DNA from: a virus
Lineage: Duplodnaviria; Caudoviricetes
DNA: 62,386 bases
Virus record (IMG/VR): IMGVR_UViG_3300030451_003961
Coordinates: 1 to 62,386 of that record
Direction: 5' to 3' (one strand)
The stretch's first letter is position 1; every line of letters begins with the position of its first letter. The position numbers were made by a program, and so were the translations under genes. A model generated the notes under the pieces. That model ran no database searches. It worked only from the letters and a program-made list of their open reading frames with translations, and had not been told where the DNA came from. This document shows positions 40,396-49,796 of the stretch, in pieces.

Positions 40396-40610
40396 ATGTC
40401 GGAATTTGCAGGCAATAATACAATATATGTATAATTCTATCTATATATAAAAATATTTCTCTAGAATGGGGGAACATTTCGACATTTCGACATAGAAAAA
40501 ACTAAAAAAGTAGTAAAATACTGTAAAATAAGCAGTTACAAAGCAGATTTAAAGTGTCACTTTAGGTTTTTTTTCGACATTGAGTCGACATTTTCTAAAA
40601 AATTCGACAC
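40396..40610. repeat. Cluster of TCGACA(T/C) repeats, iteron-like
   Basis: Direct copies at about 40477, 40485, 40572, 40584 and 40603; one inverted variant (ATGTCGGA) at 40396; AT-rich spacers; non-coding. Confidence 0.7.
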
Positions 40611-40641
40611 AAAAAAGGGGAAAACTCGAAGCCTTCCCCTT
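40611..40641 (-). terminator. Intrinsic terminator
   Basis: Minus strand reads AAGGGGAA-GGCTTCGAGTT-TTCCCCTT then a T run, downstream of the ORF ending at 40686. Confidence 0.75.
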
Positions 40642-40685
40642 ACAACAGAAGAGAGAAATAGTTGTCTATGAAGACAAATATGCTT

Positions 40686-40859
40686 TTATTTTTTAAATAG
40701 GTTTATATTAGCGTTTGCTAATTCATTAGCCTCTGCAATCACCTGAACTTTGTCAAATCTTTTGATTGACTTCTTCATCATGCAGAGTTTTGTAATGCCC
40801 ATTACTGGATCTGGTCTATTATTGATCAGTCTTCCATTTTTAATTTCTAATCCATCCAT
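40686..40859 (-). CDS. Hypothetical protein (57 aa, MDGLEIKNGRLIN...)
   Basis: Start moved to the ATG at 40859 because a TATCTTTG box lies at 40879-40886; has its own terminator. Confidence 0.6.
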   Translation of the reverse strand: MDGLEIKNGRLINNRPDPVMGITKLCMMKKSIKRFDKVQVIAEANELANANINLFKK

Positions 40860-41027
40860 GATCTTAGTTTTAATCCTACAAAGATACAAAATAATCAGTT
40901 ACCTATATTGTTTAGGTTATATATATACACACGCACGCATGGCTCTGTTGGAAATCGATTTTTTTTTCTGTGGGGGGGTTGTTTTTTTCGCTGATTTTTT
41001 GCAAAATTTTGGCGATTTTTCGCACCC

Positions 41028-41059
41028 CTCGGACACAGGACGAAGTCCTGTGATCCGAG
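41028..41059. other. GC-rich inverted repeat with C-GAA-G triloop
   Basis: CTCGGA-CACAGGAC-GAA-GTCCTGTG-A-TCCGAG: 14 bp with one bulge, in the divergent non-coding region. Confidence 0.75.
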
Positions 41060-41273
41060 AACTTCGATTTACCTCTGTTGGCGATTTTGAAAGTCCTTCC
41101 CTCGTTCCCTTCGGTACACCTCAAGAGCATTTACATAACACCCCCAAACTTGAAAATTTGACTAAACAAAACGAGGGGATAAAATAAATTTTTTTTGAAT
41201 TTTTTTTTGTGTGATTTTCTTGAGTAAAAATTAAGAGCTCTGCAAGTTTTTTTTAATGCACTTTAAAAATTTT

Positions 41274-41304
41274 TTTGCAAAGTTTGTTTTTTTTTGTACC
41301 TTGT
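41274..41304 (+). promoter_or_regulatory. Candidate first early promoter TTTG-N19-TACCTTGT
   Basis: Near-consensus Bacteroidota -33/-7 pair, 45 nt before the ATG at 41350. Confidence 0.45.
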
Positions 41305-41349
41305 GAAAAATTTTCAGGGTTGTTCCCTGTTAATTATGCTCATTTACAT

Positions 41350-41784
41350 ATGAAGTCAATAACACACACTTCGAACAAGTCCAGTGCTAAACCTGTGAAT
41401 AATAGTAACAGAGTTGGCAAAGGCATAACCAAGTTATTAAACAGAAAAAAGTTATTAACTAAGAAAAAAGATAGAACACAAATGGATTCTATTTATCTGT
41501 TTAATGTTGCTTTTAAACTTGAAAATAAATCTCTTTCAAAAGTTTACAAAGATTTGAAAAATGCAACAGGCGAATTTTTGAAATATAGAGATGAAATACT
41601 TGGAAAATCAAAGTTCCCAAGTTTCAATGATTTTAAAGCAAAAGCGAGTAAAAAAAGAGGTCAATATCAACACTCAATTTATTCGGGGTTAATGATGCTA
41701 AAGCAATTCAATAAAATTGAAAAAACTTTGGCAAGAGTAAAGAGGCAAAATGCCAACGCAAAAAGAGTTAAATCGGTTGCGTAA
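41350..41784 (+). CDS. Very basic early protein (144 aa from MKSIT)
   Basis: K/R-rich ORF; first plus-strand gene; directly precedes the structured tract. Confidence 0.65.
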   Translation: MKSITHTSNKSSAKPVNNSNRVGKGITKLLNRKKLLTKKKDRTQMDSIYLFNVAFKLENKSLSKVYKDLKNATGEFLKYRDEILGKSKFPSFNDFKAKASKKRGQYQHSIYSGLMMLKQFNKIEKTLARVKRQNANAKRVKSVA

Positions 41785-41792
41785 TTACTCAA

Positions 41793-41836
41793 ATGAATGT
41801 TTGGAATTTAGGGGGGTTCGAGTCCCCCCCATTCAT
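41793..41836 (+). ncRNA. tRNA-like mini-element (acceptor stem plus T-arm, no anticodon arm)
   Basis: ATGAATG/CATTCAT 7-bp stem stacked on GGGGGG-TTCGAGT-CCCCCC; 11-nt linker containing GG. Confidence 0.6.
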
Positions 41837-41840
41837 CTAA

Positions 41841-42589
41841 CTTCTGCAAATTTCAGGGAATGCAGTTTGAATATGATTTGAAACCTGATAAGCAGTACTG
41901 ACAGATGCGAAATGCACACAGGCGAAATGCCTATATCTGTACAGGAAGCCAAACAGAAGGGATTTTTAGGATTTTCGGGGCACGAGCCCTTGAGGATACA
42001 GAGAGCAATCTGTATAAGTCGGTAGTGATGTACGAAGATACATTAGTAAAACAACGCATCAGATAACCCAAAGTATGTCTATCCTATGTCTGAACAAGAC
42101 CGACAGCCGAGTGCTGAACAGGTAAGGTCTGCCCCTTCTCTATCGGGGGTAATAGGTAGAGGAACTATCGAGCCAAAAGCGAGATAAGACAGGTAGCGAA
42201 CTTATGTAAAATCTTGACGCACTTTGTAAAGTTGAATCATCAAACATACATATCGGTATGTACAAAGGGTAAACAGAGTACGGGCGACTTGTTCCCCTTT
42301 GTGTTTAAAAACTTGTGACATCAGGCAACCAACCTGATGAATATTGAGATTTCCCATCACCATGATGGGTTGTAAGGATAAGAAACTCGGTGGATTAGAG
42401 ATTTGTTTAGTTAGAGGTAAACTCGTAGACAATCGATCGAAACAGGTCGAGGCAAAACCAATTCACAAAATCAGTAATAATGTCGGGTTTGAAGTACACC
42501 TTAAGTGAGAGTCATGTGATACAGATGATGTAGCGATTTCGGAATGAAATGAGACTCAAAGGCATTACGGAAAAAACTTCAACACTACA
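41841..42589 (+). ncRNA. Candidate large structured non-coding RNA (about 750 nt)
   Basis: No credible ORF; higher GC than flanks; more than 10 helices visible by eye, including nested long-range ones and a loop-E motif (see findings). Confidence 0.7.
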
Positions 42590-42625
42590 GGTGGTGAGAG
42601 GGTTCGATTCCCTCCTCCACCCCTA
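42590..42625 (+). ncRNA. Second tRNA-like T-arm element
   Basis: GAGGG-TTCGATT-CCCTC with GGTGG/CCACC extension; followed by CTAACT like the first element. Confidence 0.55.
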
Positions 42626-42643
42626 ACTATAAATTAGTTAAAT

Positions 42644-45600
42644 ATGCGAAAGCGAATACTTAAAAAAGTCAATCTAACAAGGGAGGTTGAGAAAATTGAC
42701 AACAACCACACACGAAAAAGAGTAGTGTATGGAAAACTTGTTCATCACATGATGAAGGAGTATGGACTTGATTGGGAGTCAGCAAAGAAAAAGTTGAAAG
42801 CCCAACAAGTAGAAACATCAATCAAAAGAGAGTTTAATTTAATAAATCAATAAAAATGGAAAAAGTTATTATCGCTGAATGGTGCGAAATCAAACAAGAC
42901 TTCGTACACCCAATAACAAGAGAAATAATAGAATAGTTATGAGAAAAATAGTTACTGAAATTACAGAACTTGAAAACGCACATCAATGGATCAGGCAATA
43001 TAGCCCAGACCATCACCTTTTCAAGTCAGCAAACAAGATACTGAACAAGACTTTTAGAAAGTATAAGACAGTAGATGTAAGTTTAATTAGAGAATTGATA
43101 AGATGACTAGATACGAAAGTAATCAAATCAAACAAATGCTAAGAAGCCATGACAAAATGGTTGCTTGGCAATGCAATTTCAATGCTTGTATTCACTTACT
43201 TGAACGCAAGATTGATGACTTAGAGTTCAAGCCAGATGGAAAAATTTATGGGTTGAAGGATATCTATAAGTATGTTGATAAATTACGAGAATGGAATGAG
43301 AAGTTGAACAATGAAAGAAATCACATTTGGGAGAAAATAGCATTATTAGATAATCCTGATGCAACATTTTTGTTTGAACCAACAACCTCCACTTTTGAAT
43401 GGAGTGATATGCCTTATAAGAATTGGCACAAACATAAAAAACCTAAGGTATGAATGAATTAGAGAAAGAAAACCTCGCACTCAAAGGCGAGTTAGATAAA
43501 CTCAAAACCTTCCAATACTACTTTGAATACATGAAAAAGGAAAACTCAAAGCATAAGAATTGGGTAGCAGAGAAAGAGTTGGAGTTTATTAGTATGTCAA
43601 TACAACGAAAGAAGGCAGAGATACGAGCCTTAGAGAGAGTTAAAGAATTAATATTAAATAATTAGATATGGGATTTTTTAGTTTTAAAACCACAGACACA
43701 GGTGAAAGTATACCGAACAAATATTCAGAGGAACTACCAATCCGAGTTGTCATGATAGATAACAAAGGAAACCATTGGGTTAGTGATGAAGACTATGAGG
43801 GATATGGGATATTCGGAGGTAAGGATATCTTTGAACTTATAGCCGAGATGAATGGAAAGACAACAAGAGATGAGGGAATAGATTTGTTCTATTCAAAAGA
43901 AAAGATACTCACACCCAACTTGTTGAGATATCCTCAATGGCACACCACCAAACGAAAATTTAAAAGTTGGAAAGATACAGAATGGGTAGATATAAGTTTA
44001 GTGGAATGTGAGTATCAAGGATATTTTTATGATGAAAGGCCTTATCGAGATGAGTATTATAATCAAGATTAATATATAAATTATGAGTAGAAGTTATCCA
44101 ATTTGGAACACGATAAACAGTTGTGCTTATCGTAATTCCAACAAATCGTATGGTGTGAAAGAACACAGCGAGATCACCATGCATGTTGGTTCAAGTAGCA
44201 CCAACAGTAAGATTATGGCAACCATCAAACAAACAAAAAGAGACTTCGGCATTTGGAGAAGTTTCCGATTGTCTGTGAATGGTAAAGTCATAGAACAACT
44301 CTGGTACAATACCAGAAGTAAGAAGTATCAAAAACAAACCCCTAAAACTTTAGTTATATGAAACAAAACAAAAAATACATAGTATGGGTTGGTGGAACTC
44401 CAAATTATTTTGACACTTTAGATGATGCAGAATTTGAAAAATTCCTGTGGATTCGCAAAGGTTATGATGATATATCCATTGAAATAATAAATAAATAATA
44501 TGAAACAACAAATTAAATGGTGCGTCTATGATGATGACATGAATAGGGATAATTACATTAAAATAAAAATCTATTATACAACCTGTGAAGAGACAGGGGA
44601 TATAATAATAGACACCGATATGATGATAGATGAGTGGAATGAGGAAATGAATAATCTAATAAATTCAAATTATGGATCTAAGTAATCAATTAATTAAAAA
44701 CATGACATGTTCATTGTATCAAGAGAGAGATGACCATGAGGAAGCGTTAGTAAAAATAGAGGAGTTCAGAATTCAAATGGTTTCTGTTCTGGACTTTTTA
44801 GATAAACAAGAAACCTTTTATTTAAACAGAAGAGATGAATAAATTCAAATCAATTATTAGTAAAGTGATAACACTATATGTGCTATCGCTTGGAGTTTTA
44901 GTATTAGTATGCGTATGTGCTATCATATTTAAATACCTAATCATGTCATGAGAGGGTGTGATGTATGGACAAAAATACAATTAGTCGAGAAACCTTTTTT
45001 GGGTAGTTGGTATGTCGGCTATGTCTATGTTCCACAGAGACACCCAATGTATGATGAAGCAGATGGAAATGTAAGTAATGATAGTCGCTTTATAGGTTTT
45101 GGAGAGTACGAACTTAGTTGGAGTGAAAAGATGGTTGATGATAGTGGCAAAAAATGGTTGAAACTAGGATTTAGTTTAATGGACGAATCAAAAGATGCAC
45201 TAAAAACTTCATATGAATTTGCCGAAATGATTGCAGAGTATGGCAAAGCACAAGTTGAACTGTATGAAGCAGAGTTCTTGCTTCAAGAAAGCACAGTCAG
45301 ATTGTTGGCAATGGAAGAGGATTTCAAGCAATCCACAGAGTCAGACAAAAGATTAGAAATAATCTGGAACGAATGGCTTAGTGATGAGGACAGAGAGAAA
45401 CTTAGAAAACAATTTAAAGATGAATAAACATGTATTAACAGCTATGTGTTGTGGGCACTCCATTCACCCACCCATAGTATTTGAGAGAATGGAAGAGGAG
45501 GGCTTTGATTGGTCAACAAAGACTCCTTCAGAATGTAATGACTATATAATAAATAATTTTTAACATGAGTAAACACAATTTCAACGACTTCGATTTGGAG

Positions 45601-46639
45601 TCAACAATTCACATTTTAGAGGAACTCACATATTATCTTTCGGAAGAGGAAGATGATGCGTGGGCTTGTTTCTGGACAGATTATGAGATGACTGCATCAG
45701 GAATGGTAGACAAAAACTCAGACTACCAAGAGGACTTCGACAACTGGCTCGAACAATCCAGTCACATATACAAATATGTTGCGGCGTCTTTTAGATTAAT
45801 AACTAAATACAGAGAAGGCAATGGGAAAACCAAGTAAATTAACAAGGGAGTTGTATGAACTAGCAAAGTTACCTCCTCCTATACCACGAGAAGTGATAAA
45901 TAAAAAATGGACATTAGATGTCCTGAACCATGCTTTTAATTGGATAGCAGAACAAGAGCAAAGCGATCTGGAGGGATTCAGACAGTCATGCAGTTTGCTA
46001 GATGATTTAGAGTATATAATAGAAACCTTAGAAAATAATAACAATAAAATTTTATAATTATGGGAAAACATGCACCTGAATACCTTGAAGACAAGGTACT
46101 CACACTAATTAAACTAATGGAAGCAAATGTTTCAAACAGCTGGACATTTGATTTAGAAATGACTCATGAATGTATCATTGTAGAGGATGGAGTAAACAGA
46201 CATGAGGATGATCAGTATACAGAAGTCTATACAGGGGCTAGGATTTGGGAGTTAGTTGAAGAGATTAAAAAAGAAATATATGGAAAATGATTATTCAAAA
46301 TACATAGGCATGTATATGTCTACCTATAGTTTTGTAGGGCAGAACAAACTAGAGGATGTCGCAAACGAAGTCTTGGGATTAGGATGGGAGGCAGAGGATG
46401 ATGTAGTACAGATAGAGGCTATACTAGAGGCTCTATGTCCTAACATGTTTGTGGTAGAATTCATTGCTAACAGCAAGTTTGAGGATGATATTCGTGTTAG
46501 GATAAGGGATGAATATCAAGTCAGACATGAATTGAAAGAATTGGTAGACTTATTTAATTGGAGAAAGACTTCTACCAATGACAGTATACTGATGGTAGGA
46601 GATTTAAAAAAGTTGACTGAATTAGTAGATAAATTATAA
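42644..46639 (+). other. Run of small early hypothetical ORFs (e.g. 42644-42853, 43103-43453, 43450-43665, 44083-44361, 44500-44685, 44948-45427, 45565-45837, 45821-46057, 46060-46290)
   Basis: Co-oriented and often overlapping 40-160 aa ORFs with AT-rich leaders; layout typical of a host-takeover region; no functions recognised. Confidence 0.65.
43668..44072 (+). CDS. Phage hypothetical protein (MGFFSF...YEGYGIFGGKD)
   Basis: Clean ORF with a motif I recall from phage early proteins; function unknown. Confidence 0.65.
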   Translation: MGFFSFKTTDTGESIPNKYSEELPIRVVMIDNKGNHWVSDEDYEGYGIFGGKDIFELIAEMNGKTTRDEGIDLFYSKEKILTPNLLRYPQWHTTKRKFKSWKDTEWVDISLVECEYQGYFYDERPYRDEYYNQD

Positions 46640-46669
46640 GGGGTAGCCGAAAACCTTACAGAGTAGGCA
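46640..46669 (+). promoter_or_regulatory. Repeated structured leader motif, copy 1
   Basis: GGGGTAGCCGAAAACCTTACAGAGTAGGCA, 23 nt before the ATG at 46693; near-identical to 48801-48830. Confidence 0.65.
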
Positions 46670-46692
46670 AAATTTAATTTAATATTTTAATT

Positions 46693-47184
46693 ATGGGACA
46701 ATACTATATTGTTGTAAACAAAACCAAGAAGCAATTCTTGAACCCCCATACATTTGGGGAAGGTGCAAAGTTGTGCGAGTTTTCATTTGGAAGTGGCACA
46801 ATACTCACAGGACTATCATTTCTACTTGCCAATGGCAATGGTCGAGGTGGTGGAGATCTACACTCTAACAATGATCTGATTGGTAGTTGGAGTGGAGATA
46901 AAATATCGGTCGAGGGGGACTATGCTGATGAGGACTATGAGCATGAGGGTAAGCCATGTAACCTATACATGTTAGCCTATGAGACATATGAGGACATCAG
47001 CAAAGCAACCTACAGGGTTCTCTTTGAAGATGAGTGGTACAGGCAGAGAAGGAGAGAGGAAATCTTAAAAATCAATAGAGATATGTGGTTGCCAGGTGAA
47101 CATGAAGTTCTGCATGATGAGTTTCCTGATCTTGTGTCTAAACCGATCAAGTTGGATTCTAAAGGCCATGTAACAGATGCCTAA
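46693..47184 (+). CDS. Phage hypothetical protein (MGQYY.VVN.TKKQFL.P)
   Basis: Clean ORF; GSWSGD.I...GDY motif. Confidence 0.7.
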   Translation: MGQYYIVVNKTKKQFLNPHTFGEGAKLCEFSFGSGTILTGLSFLLANGNGRGGGDLHSNNDLIGSWSGDKISVEGDYADEDYEHEGKPCNLYMLAYETYEDISKATYRVLFEDEWYRQRRREEILKINRDMWLPGEHEVLHDEFPDLVSKPIKLDSKGHVTDA

Positions 47185-47842
47185 TTGGGTATACAATACT
47201 TTGTCGGTTGAAAAAGAGTATGCCGACAAACTAAAAGAGATAGCCAAGAAGGGTGTATGTAGATACTACAAACCTATGCCTGAAGAGTATGAGGATAAAG
47301 ATGCTGATAAAGATTATCTAACCAAAAAGTATGGGTTTGATGATTGGTATGGGTGGTGCAATTATAATTGGGGCACTAAGTGGGGGTGTTGTGTTGATGA
47401 TGAACATAATGCAGTCATTCATGGTCAGAGTCAATCAATATACTACTTTGAAACTGCATGGAGTCCATTCAATCAAGACATCATTGACATGTTTGCTAAA
47501 GACATTCCTGATTTTGTTTGGAAGTATGTAGAGGAGCAAGGTTGGGGTGCTGAATTGACATTTGTCAATGGAGAGTGTGTGCATTATAGAGATTGGGATA
47601 TTCCTACTTGTGATACTGATGAGTTCAATGAGGTCTGGCAGAAAGGTAAGTATGCCGACAGACATTGGTGGACTATTGTAAGAGTACCTTTCAATCAGCA
47701 CTATGAAAATGGAGTTCTAGAAAAGGGTTACTATGCAGACTATGATTGGGAGCACCCAATGAAACATAATGATGGATCACCCATTACAAACTTCAAAGAT
47801 GCATGTAAATACATGGAAAATTGGTTTAATAAAAATAAATAA
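47177..47842 (+). CDS. DUF1281/YubB-like ferredoxin-fold protein
   Basis: MPNWVYN.L, WY.W...NWGTKW and F.TAWSP motifs. Confidence 0.7.
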   Translation: MPNWVYNTLSVEKEYADKLKEIAKKGVCRYYKPMPEEYEDKDADKDYLTKKYGFDDWYGWCNYNWGTKWGCCVDDEHNAVIHGQSQSIYYFETAWSPFNQDIIDMFAKDIPDFVWKYVEEQGWGAELTFVNGECVHYRDWDIPTCDTDEFNEVWQKGKYADRHWWTIVRVPFNQHYENGVLEKGYYADYDWEHPMKHNDGSPITNFKDACKYMENWFNKNK

Positions 47843-48545
47843 CTTAAAATTAAAATTATGAAAACAATGGAAATTTTTGTATTAAAATTCACAGAAAATG
47901 GTGGTAGAACTTACATTGAAGCAATCACAAATGATGTTGACAAATGGTTAGTTGACCACAATTCCGATAGGGAAGAGGAAGACCACGAAACTAGGTTAAC
48001 CTTTAACATAGAAACACACACTTTAAAATTATATTAAATGGATAATCAAGAACTAAAACATGCCGTAAGCGTTCTAGATCAAGCTTATGCTAGCGTGTTA
48101 TCAATCGTCAGAAGTGATGATGATTGGGAAACTATAAACTTAATTCAACCTATACTAGATAAGATTGATGAAATTCAAAATGAAATAGAATCGATATGAA
48201 AACAATCAAAGCATTCTCTGAAGCAGAGAAATTAAGTCTTGTCGTATTGGACAAGATGAAACTGACAGACATGAAAGAGTTCGTGTTTGCTCAGAAAGTT
48301 ATCTTTCAAACAATCATGGAAATGGAAAACCAAAATATAGAATTTAAAAATTGGCAACCATGGGAGTGAGAAATAAATTTAATCAATTAATAAATAAACA
48401 ATGGAAAAACAAATAGAAAATTACGCAGAGTATATACTCGAATCAACAATGGATGGAGGGTATGAAGAAATTAAATACCTCATCCGAAAACTGTTACAAA
48501 CAGAATACAAACAAGAAATATTGTCTAACATTAAATACCTATGTG

Positions 48546-48827
48546 ATGAATAAACAAAAGCAATTTCAAGAATTAAATCTACAAAAGACATATGTCTTTG
48601 ATTACCTCGGAACTAGCGATGGTTACGAAGTGGGTTGGCTACATGAGGAAAGTCAACGAGAAATAGAAGATCCTGATAGTGAATTATTTTACGACAAGTA
48701 TGGGATGATGAGTGTAGCAGAGGAGATAGTGAAAGAAGGATATCATAATTACATAAACTATTGGTTGGATGACGAGGATATCGAAGCCTGGGAAGAAGAA
48801 AGGGATAGCCGAAACCCTGAAGAGTAG
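48546..48827 (+). CDS. Acidic hypothetical protein (from MNKQK)
   Basis: C-terminal part of track ORF 48453-48827; this internal ATG couples to an upstream small ORF. Confidence 0.55.
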   Translation: MNKQKQFQELNLQKTYVFDYLGTSDGYEVGWLHEESQREIEDPDSELFYDKYGMMSVAEEIVKEGYHNYINYWLDDEDIEAWEEERDSRNPEE

Positions 48828-48830
48828 GCA
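48801..48830 (+). promoter_or_regulatory. Repeated structured leader motif, copy 2
   Basis: AGGGATAGCCGAAACCCTGAAGAGTAGGCA, 18 nt before the ATG at 48849. Confidence 0.65.
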
Positions 48831-48848
48831 CAATTTAAATTTAATATT

Positions 48849-49115
48849 ATGAGTAAATCAATTAAAGAAGGGCCAAATACATTTTGGACAAACAATGCAA
48901 TCAAGCATCTAAGAGGTGCAAGAATTATGAAGGTGGAATACATGTCACCTAAAGAAGTAGAGGATAATATGTGGTACAAATCACCCTTGTGTTTATTATT
49001 ACAGAGACCAGATGGAACGCAGTTCTGGATGTGGAGTACAAGTGATGATGAAGGCAATGATGGTGGTGCATATCACACAACCTTGAAAGACTATCCTATA
49101 ATACCTGTGCTATGA
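48849..49115 (+). CDS. Phage hypothetical protein (88 aa, SDDEGNDGGA motif)
   Basis: Clean ORF after the repeated motif. Confidence 0.65.
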   Translation: MSKSIKEGPNTFWTNNAIKHLRGARIMKVEYMSPKEVEDNMWYKSPLCLLLQRPDGTQFWMWSTSDDEGNDGGAYHTTLKDYPIIPVL

Positions 49116-49272
49116 ATCATTGGGAAATAGAAGAGATGAAAAAAGAGTTGGCTGATCTAAGAGATCTCGAAACATATATGATGAGAGAGCAACCTAGATC
49201 TTATGCTGCTTGGCATAGTAGTTACTATGAGGATGACGACATATATCAATGGGAGGAATTTAAAAAGTAATT

Positions 49273-49569
49273 ATGGAAGCAAAGGAAGTAACACAATACA
49301 TAACAGAAAATCATCCTATGCATGTGGATAGTCATGTGCATGAGGCAATGGCTTATGCAATTAGGATGGTTAAAGAGAAGTGTAGTCAAGGGTATTGCAC
49401 AAGTGAGGTCAATGGCATAGATATATTAAAATTTATGATTGATGATCAACCAATACCTAATATGCACACACACTCCTACGGATTCCACACAAGAGTTGGT
49501 AGGGAAGTGTACGGAGAATTCAAATATCAATACAATAAATATATAGAAAAATGGATAGAGACAACTTAA
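49273..49569 (+). CDS. Hypothetical protein (98 aa)
   Basis: ORF track; His-rich. Confidence 0.55.
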   Translation: MEAKEVTQYITENHPMHVDSHVHEAMAYAIRMVKEKCSQGYCTSEVNGIDILKFMIDDQPIPNMHTHSYGFHTRVGREVYGEFKYQYNKYIEKWIETT

Positions 49570-49796
49570 GATTCTCAGTAGAACTGAGACGAAACATTGA
49601 GTGGGGAGAAGATTATACTGAAGACCACTATGAATTTGCAACCGAAGCCGAGGCAGTTGCCTTTGCTAAGGAGAATAGAAAACACCTGCACAGTATACTT
49701 GAGTATGCACCAGGCAAGAACTATGATCCTAAAGATATCACCTACAGGGCAGGTGGTAGTTTTGGTTACAATAATATACCCTGGCCAAGATTTTAA
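49551..49796 (+). CDS. Hypothetical protein (81 aa)
   Basis: ORF track; abuts the next gene. Confidence 0.55.
   Translation: MDRDNLRFSVELRRNIEWGEDYTEDHYEFATEAEAVAFAKENRKHLHSILEYAPGKNYDPKDITYRAGGSFGYNNIPWPRF

Noticed and set aside
40396-40610. CRISPR array or mini-array
   Set aside because: Repeats are only 6-9 nt with irregular spacing; no cas genes. The 46640/48801 pair is 2.2 kb apart with genes between.
42202-42432. 76-aa minus-strand ORF inside the structured tract
   Set aside because: Non-ATG start, antisense to the early transcription direction, no protein-like features.
41841-42589. Group I/II intron or IS200/605-associated RNA
   Set aside because: No interrupted gene, no convincing group II domain V or group I core by eye, and no adjacent reverse transcriptase, homing nuclease, TnpB or IscB. 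Needs a covariance search to exclude fully.
41793-42625. Calling the two GGTTCGA elements true tRNA genes or a tmRNA
   Set aside because: Neither has a D-arm plus anticodon arm at proper spacing or an encoded CCA; I found no tmRNA-type 5' end or tag reading frame.
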